Counted from the first letter of the stretch, positions 11,291 to 24,616 are shown. The stretch: DNA of 64,000 nt from Vicugna vicugna (GCA_013265495.1 MU058584.1:2141599-2205598); one strand, 5' to 3'. Translations and numbers: made by a program. Notes: generated by a model not told the origin, from the sequence alone.

Positions 11291-13204
11291 TTTGTTTTTG
11301 TTATTCATTTCCTTCATCCTCCAGCGGTGACCTCGAGCTACCTAAAAGGTTGTATAAGTTAACCCCCACTTAAAGGGGGAAGGGGCCCGTCTGTAACAGT
11401 CCTGGATGACGGAACCTAGCTCTGTGTGGCTCCTCTCCTTGAAAGCCAGCTCACCACCCCCTGTAATCCTCATCTTCATGCGTCTGCATGGCTCACTGAG
11501 TGTTCCTCCTGGTTTCTTAGAGCTTATGATTATGGGCTGCTGGGAGATTCAGCCAGTGGCTCCTTCAGGGATGTGGTGGCCATGTGTTTTCTGAGGGCAG
11601 AGGGCAGTGTCTGGTTTTCCACTGGCCCCGCTGGGTTCTGCACCTGCTGGGGCTCACCTTGGCCTAAAGGATGATTATGCTGAAGCACTGATCCAGGTGA
11701 GCTGTGGAAAACAGAATTTACCATTTCCTTCTTCTTCTCGCCTTAGGCGTAATATTATTTCATGAAGGCTTTGAAAAGAGAGTGCTTTTTGAACTTGACT
11801 TACTGGTGAACCTGTCTGGCCCAGACTGCCCTGGCAGCGCTCAGTATCCGCTCTTCCCTTCCTCCTGTAACGCTGTTTGGATTCTGTTTTTGGAATATGA
11901 GTTGCCCAAATGTGTTGTAGTGTGTGTTGGACGACTGTAAGCTCAAAAGGGAGGCGTCAGCTTTTTGTTAATACACCGCTGTCCTCTGGGCGCAAACTTT
12001 GTTTCACGTTACACAACAGTGGGAGGTCAGGACTCCCTGGGACATTGTTTAAGGTCTTTGTTTTGGGGGTTTGTATTTTTCAGAGAACGGTACCTCTTTG
12101 TGATTTTCTAGCCTGTCGGGACTTGGAAAGGCCCAGACATTTGGGGTGGGGACCTGCTGCTCTCAGTTTCTGGGAGAGCATGGTGTTCCTTGCACTTTGT
12201 TGAACGTAGTTCTGTGTGGATCCGTCCGCTGGCCCCCAGCCTCCTCTCAGCCTTCTAGGTGACAAGAGGCGGTGATGTCTGTCTTTAGAGATGGCAACTG
12301 TGGGCAGGAGTTAGCTCTTAGGCTGCAAATATGCTGAGTGAGCCTCCTTTCTTTCCCCTTCTGGGAGGAGATGCTGCTTTGAGAAGGTTGAAGTGTATAT
12401 GAGGGGTGGGGAGGCAGGATATAGTGTGGGTGGGGGTGGGGAAGAAAGGAGGAACAACTGTAAAAAATGTTAATTTATTAATCACTGAATATATAGCAGT
12501 TCATCTGAAATGCTGTTGCTATGCCAACACCCTGGGAGTTTATTTTCTTAATCCAAGAGAGGAGCTCTCAGTCCCCTGCTCCCCTGCTGTGTCATTTGAA
12601 TTTGCTGCTGCCACCGTGGTATCTGTTTTAAAAAGTAGGGGGAGGGGGAGAGGAGGGGGGGTGTCGTTGCAGGAGGGGAAGGAGGGAGGGGAGCTGGGCG
12701 AAACCACCAAAGCAGTCATATGCAAAGCAGGGAGAGGCCTTTCTCAGTACGACTTAGTAAAAATGACACAAATTAATATACTCTGCTTAAACCAGACCAA
12801 GATTAATGGTTCTCTTTCAGTGCAGCTTAGCCCAACTGTCACTCGACAGGCGTTTGTCGGACAAAATCAACACTAATCAACATTTATTCGTCTCTTGCCC
12901 TTGGGTCTGGAGAGCGCGAGCGGGCTGCGCCATTCTCCCGCGCGGCTCGCCACGCTTTTCGCCCTCCATCCAACTTCGCCATACATCACCCTTCCTCCGG
13001 GTGCCTCTCCTCGGACGGATCCACACACTCAGCTATCAGGGTACATTAGAGGCATGATAGATTTTCTGTTTTAATTTACATCTATTATATTACAACATAA
13101 CAGATTTTGATTCAGTAGAGACCAGCATCTCCTATAGGCAGACTCCTTGGAAGGATTTTTGCATTAACTTATTAAGGTTGGTTAGGACGTCGCTTCGAAT
13201 AGGC

Positions 13205-13264
13205 TCCCTCTCTCTCTCTCTCCCCCTCTCCCCCCTCCCTCTCTCTCTCTCTCCCCCCCCCCCC
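13205..13264. repeat. (CT)n / poly-C low-complexity tract
   Basis: ctctctctctctctccccctctccccc...cccc read directly. Confidence 0.9.
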
Positions 13265-16200
13265 AGCTCGCTCAGTAAAGATGTCTGGGTGCACCTTAGT
13301 CACAAGCACAGCTTATTCTTTCTAGACTTGGCTTCCTGTACTGGGTCACATGAGGCTGGCTGGGTTCCTCCCTTACTTGCTGATTGGACTTTGATCAGCC
13401 AACAGTGGGAGCGGCGAGCTCCCTTCCCCGCCTGGGTTAATGGGCTTCGACAAATCTGGTGGCCTAGAGTCACTGGGCACCCCCTCCCTGTGGCTTCAGT
13501 CCTCGCCCCCAACATCTTTTTTCTTTTTCTTTTTTTTTTTCTTTTCCATTTTGATCTCAGTTACAGTTAGATCTTTTTACTGAAAGGTCTGCAGAGACAG
13601 GGGGCAAAAAAAGAGGGAGAAAACAGAATTGGCTGGGCTAACGAAGGAGAAGGCAGTTGGCAGGATGACTGAGGGAGTGAGTCGGAAAGACTGGTTCCCT
13701 GTCTCCCTGACCATCTTGAAAGCATCTTATTTCAGCTCGGAACACCGTGGACACGGCCAGCCTGTTCCTAGCGGGCGTGTGGGACATGTGTATTTATAGT
13801 TCCCCCGTAGAGTGCCTCTCGTCCTCATTTATGAAATTGGCTTTTTATTTTTATCCTCTTCTCCCCTTCCTTCCGCGGGTGCTGTAGCGTGGAGTCCATC
13901 TTTTGTTTGGTGACGTACTGGTTCCCCTTGATTTGGGGGAAGATTGGAGTGTCGTCTGACTGTGGACTGAGGTCACAGTCAGCTTTGGCTAGCTAATCAC
14001 CTGTTTGCTGGCTGCCGAGAAGGGGCCAGAAATCCTCCCATCTGCTCAGATCCTTTTACCCTGTGTTACTTTATACGCGGACACCCCAGCTTTGTCAAAT
14101 GTCCAGAGAGACTGTCTTTTTTCTCAAATTGGCTGTAGCACTATCCCTGGCCACTTAGAAGGCCTGAGTTGTGTTTTTTCTTTTTTCCCTGCCAAGCTGT
14201 CGATTCTGAACTGTGGTGAGGTTCCTTTTGTGGCCAAATGCAGGGGAACCATGGGCCGAGCTGGGGATGTGTGGTTCGTGTGTGTTTGCACGCGGCCGCC
14301 GTCGTGGAAGATGTGTCAGGAGGAGAGCTTAGGGCTTCCATTTTGGTTTCTTATTACGCAGCAATAAAGTAAATGACGCTTCATATAACTTTGCACTTAA
14401 GAGAACTGTAGCTCAGTTTAAGAAACCAGACTCCACCAACAGGAGTGCTCAGTACCTTGAACTTGGGAAGCGGACCTCGTTAATTTTAATGAGGGGAAAA
14501 ATTCTCCAGCTGGGGCTGAGAAGAAGATGAAATAGCAATGAGGTTATCGCTTTGCATGATCTCACGGAACTCGGAGTAGAATCAGAATGATGCTCGGAGA
14601 ATTTTCTGGAGTCCTGCGTAGAGATTTAGAAGAGAATATGAGTCCCTGGTGGGCAGAGCAGAACTTTATGTGGTCCCTCTTAAAGGGGCTGTTAGCAAAG
14701 TGAACCCATTAAAAAGTTGGGCTGAAGTAAAACTGAAAGAAGAAATAAATGAACATGATTCTTATGTGGGTGTAGCTGGAAAGCAATGCAGCTGGTATTA
14801 TAGTGGCCGAGACAGCTGACTAGAAGCCAAGGGCTTCTGAGTTCACGTGCACGCCAGGACACTGACTTCCAGTGGGATTTGGGGCATCTGTTTCTTTATC
14901 ACCCAAGGGCGGGAGGTGGGCTGAGGGCATCCTGTTATACAGTAGGCAGCTATTCGATTTGAACAGTAAGTTGATGACTTTGGCCCTGCTGTTGAGGAGC
15001 TGACAGATTGTGACCAGTGAGGTCAGGTTGTCTGTAGGACAATTTTGCCCACAGTCAGGAGAGGCTTGCCAGGATCCCCTGGCATTGGTCGGGGACCACA
15101 GAAAGAAGCATCACCATTTAAAGTATTTGGCCCTCGTTACTTCATCCTGTCCACTTCACAGCTGATCCCAGGAAAAAGGTCTTTATTTTACCACTGAAAT
15201 CTTTGGAGCTTCAGGGCAGACAAGACAGGCTTGTTTTCTCCAAAAGCTCGAGGCTGCTGACTCAGGCTCTTTTCCCATCCTCTGTCATGTCACTGTGCTC
15301 GGTAGAAGATTTGTGCCACCATCAGGTACCAATTCAAGTGTCACCAAAGGGACACTGTTGGATTAAACGGGGCCATCTTGCTCTAGGGACGACCTGGATA
15401 TCAGTGGAATGTTGAGCGGGACCCATTCCTACGTCTCAGGTTCCTTGAATTTCAGCCTTTTTCTCTGAAAGCTGTGAGGCAGCAGTTCGGGGCACTTGGG
15501 CTGCTGCTATGGCTCTGTGTGTATGTGATGGCAAATGCTGGTTGCCAAGCAGCAGGGAATGGACATAATCATGTTGCCTAGCAACAGCGGCAGCGTGGTC
15601 ACTTGCGCAGACTTCTGCGCCTCTTCCTGTTTGGTCTGCTGGAAAACACAGATGGCTTCTGCGGGTTGCTCTCTGCCCGAGCCACCGGGAGATGTAGGAG
15701 AAGCAGCGAACCAGGGTGGGTAAATACATGCAGACGCGTGCTGTAAAATGATGGCTTTCGAGGCCGTCTAGGGCCGAGCCTTGATTTTTGCCCAGCGTTC
15801 CTCAGTTTCCCCTGTGAAGTTACTGTGCGTGGCTGGACCTGTAGGTGGATTGCTGAGCCAGAAGAGAAGTCTTGGGAAAGTGTCAGACTTCCCTGTGTGC
15901 TGCCCCACTCAGCCTGGTGAGGCTTTACTCTGGCAAGCATGTGTGAATATAATATAAAACAGTCAGTTTTCTGATAAAGACACACACACACACACGCACA
16001 CAGCCCGTGTGAAAGAGACAGGAGGAGCAGAGCGTGACTACTCATTGTTCTTTGGGGTCTGAGGAACAAAGCAGCCAGGAGAGAGAAAGGCAGGCGGTCC
16101 CTGCCGGCTTGCCCTTTCTCCCGGCTCTGACCGGCACCTCGCACACGCGACGCCCCTCGGTGAGGTCACCTGTGCGCTATGGATGCGGAAGATGCCTCCT

Positions 16201-18692
16201 TGGCAGAGGCCTCCTGGGTCAGAGTCCGGCTTTCCCTCCTCTCGGTGTGTATGGAGCACGGGGGTGTCTGAAGCTGAATGCTTAAGGAAGAGAACCTGGC
16301 GGCGAGAGAAAGAGTGTGAACGTGCGCCCCGTTGCCCCTCCTGGGGTGAGTGGGCACTGCCTGCCCGGTTCCCGTCTACGGGAGTTGAATTGCAGTCAGA
16401 GTACCAGCTTGGCATCAGAAGGCTCTAGATCAGCCCTTAGTGTCACTGCCTGCCAGCGGCATGGCCTTGAGCAGCCACTTGTCCCACCTGAAGCTTTGTG
16501 TTCTCCTCTGGAGGGGATGAGAGCAACACCTGCCTCTCAGGTGGGCCTGAAGATTCCAAAAGGCATTCATTTGTCAGCGCACTGGGCGTGTGGCAAGTGT
16601 GAAGGGGTTCTTGCTGCTGACCCCCTCCTAGCGGTTAAAGAGCAGGAAGGCAGAAGGGGAACGGAAGCCCTGGGCCTGCCGCCTGGTACAGACTTCAACA
16701 TCTTGGGCTTTGTCCCCAGTCTTGGCCTTCCAAACAAGGAGCCATTATTTCCCTCCATTTAGGTTAGAGAAGACAAGAGACCCCTCTCCTTCTGATGCTT
16801 GACTCAGTTTGTAGGGAGTCTGGAAGGTATTCATTGATTTTTCGTAGTTTCTTAGCGCATCCTTACAGAATCAGTTAGGATGGTGTGCTCCCATCACACA
16901 GATGAAGAGATGGCAACACAGAACAGTGAGAGTCTTTATTTGGGATTCTAGAGACCACTGGTTCCAAGAGGGGATCAAACTCCTACAGCCTGATAGGGTA
17001 AATGAAGCCCTTGGCAGAGCCAGGGGGGATGGAGTAGTGTCAGAAGTCACCGTGGAGGCAGAAGGACCTAGGAGCCGCCTTGGATTTCAGATTTCAGAAT
17101 TGCCAGATCAGCAAGTATCCTCTGGACGGGTTGCAGCCTGGCTTCTGGAGGCCTCACTGAACTGGCTGGGTCAGCAGGGTTGAAATCAGGCCTGTGCCTT
17201 CTCTGTTGTGTGTAGATTCGCACGTCCCCTCGTCCGCAGAGTGGCAGAGGGAGTCTATTGGGGAGTTCCGGGCTCTCCCCTTGCCTCTCTCACTGAAGTC
17301 CAGCAGCTGAGCCCTCCCTTTCTGTCCCCAGTGAGGATGACGATGACCATGACGTTGGCCTGTTTCTCAGAGCACGGTAGGTCTCAGGTTAGGAATTACT
17401 GGCTTTGGCCCTCCTCAGTGGATTGCGCCTTGCCTGACGTAGGTCCTTGGAAACCATGTGATGACACCCGCCTGAAGGACGGAAGGTCCTTCTTTTTCAT
17501 GGGTTGCTTGGGCCTTAAAGCAGACACAGGCACCGGGTCTGCTGGACCCACAACTGTGAATAGCTTAACTCCGCTGCCAGAGGCGGGACTTGGGTTCTTA
17601 GACCCCTTTTGGCTCTGACAGTTACAACGTCTCCAAGGCACCCACATCCTCGGCCATGTCTTGTTCAGGCCGAGACCACCCCTTGGAAAGTTCCCCTTTC
17701 CGAGAGCAGCCATCCATGGACGGGGAGCAGAACGTGGAGGGCAGCGTGGTTCGAGAACTCCACACCACCTGTCCCTTCGGTTGTGTCCCGAGCTGCCTCT
17801 GACTGGCGCATTCCGTGGCTCTGGGCCACAGCTGCCTCGTGGCCCTCAGCACAGTGTTTTCCCCGGGGGCTGGGGGCAGGGAGGAAGGAGAGAGGAGAGG
17901 AGAGACGTGCGTGGGTCCACGTCCCTCTCTGTCCTGCATGAAAGGGTCCAGCAGCTTCCGCTGTGGCACCCGGGACATTCGCTCAGGCCCCTGGGGGACA
18001 CGCAGTGACCTCATCTAGCCCGTTAGGAAGGCAGTGAGACCTTTTTCCTACCAGACCTGCTTCCCAGCTGCCTCCTTCCTTGGCTCTGTCTGGGAGCGCC
18101 CTGCCCTCTAATGTGATTCTCTCTGGGAGACACAGCAGAGGCCTGGGTGGCCACCAGTGTGCAGCCTCTGCCCTGGCCTGTTCCAGCTGTCCCTCAGCTG
18201 GCCTTTGGGGACGCACATTGGGACTGAGACCCAGGGGCAGCCAGCCTGAGGAGCGGCTTCCAGGCCACAGGTCTTCCCCAGCACTCTTTCTTCCTGTGGC
18301 CTTGAAGAATTTCAGCTCCCAGTCCCGGTCCGAGAAGAGCGGGAGGAAGATTGGAAGATTTTAATGTCTGCGAAGTTTCATTCCCCTTCAGCGATGCGAG
18401 CCTGTGGCCTTGCATCCTCTCTGTGACAAATATCACACGTTGTGTTTGGTTTTTGCCTTGTCACAGTGACTTGTGGTATTCAGCTGACACCCTTCCTTTA
18501 AGGAAGTTGGAACACTTGATAAATTTGAAGCTTTTGATCCTCACAAATACCCCTGGAAAGTTGAGGCCCAGTGAGATAAAGAACCTTCATTAGTTAGACA
18601 ACGTGCCTGCTGCTTTTGATGTGTCCTTTTCCCTCTCTCCCCCTGCCTCCCGCCTCCCCCTCCCCAGTTTCTCCCCCTACCCTTTCTGTTAG

Positions 18693-18737
18693 AAAATTGT
18701 CTGAATGTACAAGTTAGTGATATTCTACTTTCATACG
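18693..18737 (+). other. Candidate 45-nt cassette exon
   Basis: About 65-nt polypyrimidine tract ending TTCTGTTAG|, then 45 nt, then ACG|GTAAGT. Only the phase-1 frame is open (xNCLNVQVSDILLSYx). Confidence 0.3.
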
Positions 18738-19111
18738 GTAAGTCCTGTCTCTGGTACTGTGTGTTTCTATCATGTCTATTTTTCAGGAGAACTCAGGTGT
18801 ATTTCCACATTTCCCTCCCCATCTCCCCGAGTGGGCATGGGAAGTTAGTAGCTACCCCACTTCAGAACTGCGGGGACACGGGTACAGACGAATTCAATCT
18901 TGTGGAGACCGAGACCCAGCGAGAAATGTCTTGCCAAGGCAATGTAACTATTAATAAGAAATGGACCTAAAAATAGAGCCCAGACGTTTCACCTGGCTCT
19001 CTTCTGCATCACTCTTCAGCCTGGTCTCGGACCAGGACGTGCAGGACGTCTCTCCGTTTTCATACGGAGAACCAAGTTCGTCTCAGTGGTTGATTAGGGG
19101 CTGAAATTCTT

Positions 19112-19257
19112 TCTTTTTTATTTATTATTTTTTCATCTTTTTTGAGGGGGAGGTAATTAGGTTATTCATTTTTTTAATGGAGGTACTGGGGATTGAACCC
19201 AGGATCTCAGGCATGCCAGGTGTGCATCCTACCACTGGGCTACACCTTCGTCCCCCC
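19112..19257 (-). mobile_element. tRNA-Ala-derived camelid-type SINE (long-tail form)
   Basis: aatggaggtactggggattgaacccagg...accactgggctaca, with an imperfect TSD ggggctgaaattcttt / ggggatgaaacccttt. Confidence 0.9.
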
Positions 19258-20439
19258 GGGGATGAAACCCTTTAGAAGTGATGTGGAAACTTCTAAACAC
19301 GGGGGTTCTGAGTCATCAGGATTGGCACTACAGTCTTGTCTTGTAAAGTCCTGGTAGACAGGAAGTGTTCCATACCTTTATTGATTTGAATGGCTATTTT
19401 TTTTTATCATAGCCAACACAATTCCTTTCATATCAGCAAGGATGCAGCGAACAGGTGCCACTTGCCTCAGAGAACAATACACATCATGAGATGCTGAAAG
19501 GAAATAATCTAAAAACCATCTGCCCTCAAGGAGCCCACAGTCTAGTTGTGGAGGGGGGACATGATGCAGAATGTCGGTCCTTTGCTTTCACAGGCTTCAC
19601 TTGACGACTCTAAGGCAACAGGCCCCCTCTTACGTTTCACCCAGCCCAGCTGTTTCAGACGAAAGGCTTAGAGGCGGGCTTCTGCTGTGAAGGAGGTGAT
19701 GTTTTATTTTAAGATAAAGTATAGGAGCCGCTGATTGATGGATTATAAACTGGGAGGTCCAGGAGAAAGCTTCATTCTGGGGGCATCAGTATATTTCACG
19801 GGAAGCCTCCTGGGCATTAATTCTGCCGTTAATTTTGTTATTAGAGATGTAGCCAAACAAAGGGAGGTGGCGAAGCTCGGGGCTGGTTTAACCTTGATGA
19901 AACAGTGATTTCACCAAGGATGATGTTCCCCCATCTATCTTCATCCATCAAGGCACTGCTGAAATATGCTAATGAAGCCCGGAGATAGGAGCCCAGAGCA
20001 GTTAAATGGGGCGTTGCAGACGCTCTCCGTACCCCCGTGACAGGGCGATGCCACTTACTGTCCAGATTTAGTGTCGGAAGGAAAGCAGTGCTGACGTGGT
20101 GTTGTGGTCAAAGACAGAATATAGGTGGAGGGTCCACGTAGCAGACACAGAGGGCAAGATATCAGAGGTGTCCACTCCAGAGTGGGATGGAAAAGCTTGG
20201 GTTTGGGTGAGGGGCTTGTTTTCTTTGATCCTCTTCGAGGCCCCTTCTAGCTAAGACATTTAGGAAGCAAATGCACATCGTACTGCAGATGGGGAAGCAC
20301 TGTTGTTTGTAAGTTTCAGAATGTGACCCCCCCCACTTTGCACCAGATCAACTTATCTGTCACCATGTCGGTTTGTATTTCTTCCCAGTGGTTGAATGAG
20401 CTAAGACTTTTTTTAAAGTTATAATTTACTGGGGACGTA

Positions 20440-20650
20440 TTACATTCATACATTGTTGGGCATACAGACAGGGTATTTCATATACTTTAATTAAATTCTT
20501 ACAAACATCCTATGAAAAAGTGAAATTTCAGCATGTCTTTTACAGAGGAGGTTTGAGAGTTAAATTCATGCCAAAAATCACATAGCCATAAGTGGCAGGG
20601 TTAGGGTTCAAATACACGTCCATCCAGCTCCAAAGCCCTTGTATGAAGCG
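20440..20650 (-). mobile_element. MIR SINE fragment
   Basis: tttacagaggag...agagttaaattcatgccaaaaatcacatagccataagtggcagggttagggttcaaat...ctccaaagccc. Confidence 0.75.
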
Positions 20651-20789
20651 TCCATCCATGGTCAGCTCTTATGCAGGGTGTGTCTGGGAATCCTTGCTAG
20701 CTGTTGGGGGTGGCTTGGCTCCCTTACATATTCATACAGTCTTTGGGTTCACTGTAACTTTAACTTCAGCATTCCGTTTACGATTCTTT

Positions 20790-20880
20790 GTTTTCTAAAT
20801 AAACCATAAGCTCCCTGAGGCCAGGGCAACAGTCCTCACTCTAGTGTCCCAAACACTGAGCATTTTGATTAGTAAGTCAC
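20790..20880 (+). mobile_element. L2 LINE 3' fragment
   Basis: ataagctccctgaggccagggcaacagtc...gtgtccc matches the L2 3' end motif (tgtaagctccttgagggcaggga). Confidence 0.6.
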
Positions 20881-22689
20881 CTGTCCACCGTTGCTACCCC
20901 CAGTGTCCCTGTGGAGGGCTGAGTTTGGCACCATGCTTCTAGTCAATGGTAAAATTAGGCCGGCCAGTTGCTTCCTGGTTTTCATACATTGGATGAACGC
21001 CGTGGGAGGTCGAGGTTTATAGTCTTTACAAGTTAATCCTACGAGGAATCACAGTAAAATTTCTTGGTGGATCCACGTCTGTTTCCTGCTAGTTCACTGG
21101 CTGCATCCTACCCAGCCCCTATCAGACCACGCCGAGAAAAAAGTAAGTAATGAATGAAATTTCGTGATTACTTATTAAACGGCATCTTCGGGCCAGTCTA
21201 CTCAAGGAGCTATGTACAAAATTGTGCTGACCGTAGACAGTTAAGGTAGCCAGCCCATCTTTCTTGCCAGGATGGAGGTTCTGAACTCCTCAGTCGTCTT
21301 CAAAATCAGACACAAGAATCCCCAAATCTAAAACGAGTGTCAGCCACCCTCTTCACCAATTTTCAATGCAGATGGAGGGAGGCAGAAGCAAAAAGGAGAA
21401 AAGAAAGATGGATTTTTGAAAAAAAAAATTTGTTTTAAATAAGATGCTAAGTAACATAAATTCCTTGAAATAAATGGTTCTAGAAGAAATGTTCCATCTT
21501 GGCTGTTAAAGTCTGTTCTGCCATCTATCAAGCTGGCTCTGAACTTTGGGGACTCTCGGCTGTTATTAAAGAGTTAATAAACGAAGGCCTGGAGCTTCCA
21601 GGATGTCGTGGGGGTCAGTGGATCTTGCCAAAAGGTAACATCAGCCAGTGGAGTCGGTTGGGCTCCCCGCCTGGCAGATCTGTCTTTATCAGCTGCGCCT
21701 CCTCCACTTTCTAGTCTTGGAGTTCATATACAGTAAATCTTTCTCTTAATAAAGCCGTTTTTCAAATCTGACTTTGGACTAGGGACTGCTTTTTCTCCAA
21801 ATGCAACAGCTGTTAAACATGGTGCATTGGGCACGGTGTATATCTCTTTGTTTAGTTTGGGGTTTTTAATATGAGCAGAGACATAAGGGAGCGGGAGGAC
21901 GCATCGATTTCTTTCCACCCGTGAGTCAGTCACTGAGTTTGGAAAGAAGGCCTCCAGCCTCAAAAGGCCGCTGGGCTTCCCGGGCAACTCGCCCTTGAAG
22001 ACAAAACCTATTGTCCCCTAATAACCAGCGCAGGGTCCCCCCTCCTCTTGGCGAGATAGAATTGTGGAGCTCAAGGTGTCAGCCCGCAGAGGCCAGACCT
22101 CTTGGCCCCTATCTGTCCCGGGTACACGGGGAAAGGCATTTTTGCCCCCTTACTCCCTCGTCCTTCTGTCACTGTCTCTGCTCCCAATGCGCAGGGGAGC
22201 ATTAACTCCCTGCGGGGGAAAAAAGTTCACAAAAGAAATGAATTATGCATATGGAATTCATTTCCTTGATGAATAGGGAATCTGAACAAACTTCATGGCT
22301 GTTTGATTTTAAGGCAGAGGAGAAGGGCAGGGGAGGGCTAAAACAGTATAGACGAGGTGGAGGAGGGTGATCAAAAAGAATTTGGAGCAAGAGGTGGGAG
22401 AGGAACGATGGCAGAAAGATGTGGGTTTGAAATATTAAGGACAAAGTAAGTGGCCCTTTGAAAATTGTTCATGGCCCATTATTCTTGCCAACACACACAC
22501 TGATACCTACCTCATTCCCAGTGAACACAGATATGGCAGCAGAGAAATTGGGGGTGGTGGTAAGATTCTACTGGGGAGAGATAACACTGCCATAGTCACC
22601 AGACCTGCTGCATTAAAAGTTTTGCAGTGATTTCTGATTGACTTCAGTCCAGGCCGACCACTGGCACTTGGGATTTTGAGGCCAGGAGT

Positions 22690-22880
22690 TCTGTGTTGGG
22701 TAGAGCACTGCATTTAGACGTAGAAGACCTGGATCTGAAGTCTAGGAAACACAGACTGTGTGACCTTGGACAAGTCACTTACCCTTTCTCAACCTCAGTT
22801 TGTCTCATCTGTAAATGGGGAGCACGGCCTCTGCCTTGTGGAGAGAGAAGGATTAAACCAGAGTGTTTTGACAAGTCACA
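22690..22880 (+). mobile_element. MIR SINE
   Basis: ctgtgtgaccttggacaagtcactta...cctcagtttgtctcatctgtaaatgggg (MIR core). Confidence 0.9.
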
Positions 22881-24432
22881 CCAAGTGCACATCTGAAGAG
22901 ATTTTATTTTTCTGTCTCTGCCTCCTTTCCTTGACAGCCTTCTCGATGTTCGGGCTTTAAGCAAGCCAGAGTGTCTTTGGAGCAGAGTAAAAGGGATATT
23001 GATTCGGAAGCACGTGGTGGGTAAAGAAAGACATGAGCAAGCAAGCAACCACCACCAAGTCTGTGATAATCCTGACTTCATCTGTATTATGAAAATCACT
23101 TAAAATAATCAGTCTGATGTTGTTGGCAAATTTAGCCGCGGAACCAGTGGTCGTTGCTGCAGAATGAGTTTGATCAACAGAAGGAACGCTCGTCATTGAC
23201 AGCCACATAAATTAAGGAGTCAAGCTGAAGCTGGTTTTTAGAGTTTTTTGCGTAGCCCGATTACCAGGAAGAGGTGGCCTCTCTTGGCTGCCAAAGATCT
23301 GCGGGTGCTTCCAGACAGGAAGTGTGGCCACACTGATCCCCTCACTTCTGACTGTTCTCCATTACTCCTTCTTCCTCAGTGGGCCCCGCATGGGAACCCT
23401 AAGTCTTCAGGGGAGATATCAGAGGCCCAGGCATCCGTGCACATATGTGAGGGAGATTTCCCTGCTGGCTGAGAGGAGAGAGATGTTTTGATCGTCTTGG
23501 GGGACTTAAATCCCATCTCAGGATCAAGTGACTTGAGTAGTTCTGACCTGCCATGGTTAGTTTTCTCACAGTCCAAATGCAATACAAGCACTTTCCACCG
23601 AGGTGTGCTTGTTTTTACAAATGCCTTCTTCTCTCTCTTGTTTTTGGGGAAATGAGGATGTGTAATGTGGTAAAATTGCATTCTCCGGGCTATCCATCAT
23701 CAACACACGCTACAGCTGCCCAGGGTCCCAGGGTGAGGAAGTTTTCCATCTGTGCCCCATGGGGGGTGCCCTGGAGAGGGTTCAAGGGTGCCCCTCCTGG
23801 ACCCCAGCCCCCACTTCAACCTCTGCAGCTCTGTTTCATGGATTTTGTTTATTTGACTTTATGGGTGACAGTCAGCCTCTAAGAAATGTTTGAAACCCAG
23901 TGGTGCAGAGAATAGGACCACTACCTAGTATGAATTATTTATTTGTTTATTAAGATTTTCCTGGCCCCTTTCCTCCCAGAGCTCCAGGCACTATGTGGAA
24001 CCCTTGAAACTGGAAGCAATTAGCCCTAAAGCTGGTAAACAAGGCCAGCGGGGGAGGAAACTCAGGAAAGGATGGGACGAGAAGGAAGGAGAAGAGAAGA
24101 GAGGATGGGGTTAGCAGTTCAGACCTCAGAGCCTCAGCCAAAGGAAGCAGGTTCTGAAGACCGAGGGTTCTGGGGGAGGAAGCCAGCTTTGGCAGGACAA
24201 GTTGTCATGTTCTCAGGGGAAGTAACTTCACCTTCCGGAGCCTCTTCCCTGGGATGGAGGTGACCTGGGTGACCTCCCACACCCCTCCCAGGTATGACTT
24301 TCCACCGAGGCTGAGAAGCTTTACCTTTTTTGGTGAGCAGGCCTACCTAAGACTGCTGCCAAGTCATTATGGTCATAAAAATGCGTTTTTAATGTTCTGT
24401 ATAAACCTTTCCATAACAAGTATATTTGGTAC

Positions 24433-24616
24433 CGAGTGGTTTCCAACCCCGGCTGCATGTGAAAATCACCCGGGGAGCTTTTGCGAAATAGCCCACCAGG
24501 GCCTGGGCTCCAGCCGGTAACAATGAAATCAGAACTTTGGGGGGCTGCTGCTGAGCGTGTCTTTTTCAAAGCACCCCAGCACATCATATCATGCACCAAG
24601 GCTGTAAAATCCTGTG
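24433..24616. mobile_element. MER5A-like hAT-Charlie MITE
   Basis: gagtggtttccaaccccggctgcat...aatcacccggggagcttt...aaatcagaactttgggggg...tttttcaaagcacccca, the typical ~185-bp MER5A pattern. Confidence 0.75.

Noticed and set aside
13510..13570. Long T tract followed by CAG/CAG/TAG as a splice acceptor
   Set aside because: No convincing downstream donor or open exon, and T tracts are frequent on this strand.
16090..18010. GC/CpG-enriched patches as CpG-island promoters
   Set aside because: CpGs are scattered rather than island-dense, and I found no associated first-exon donor or other promoter evidence.
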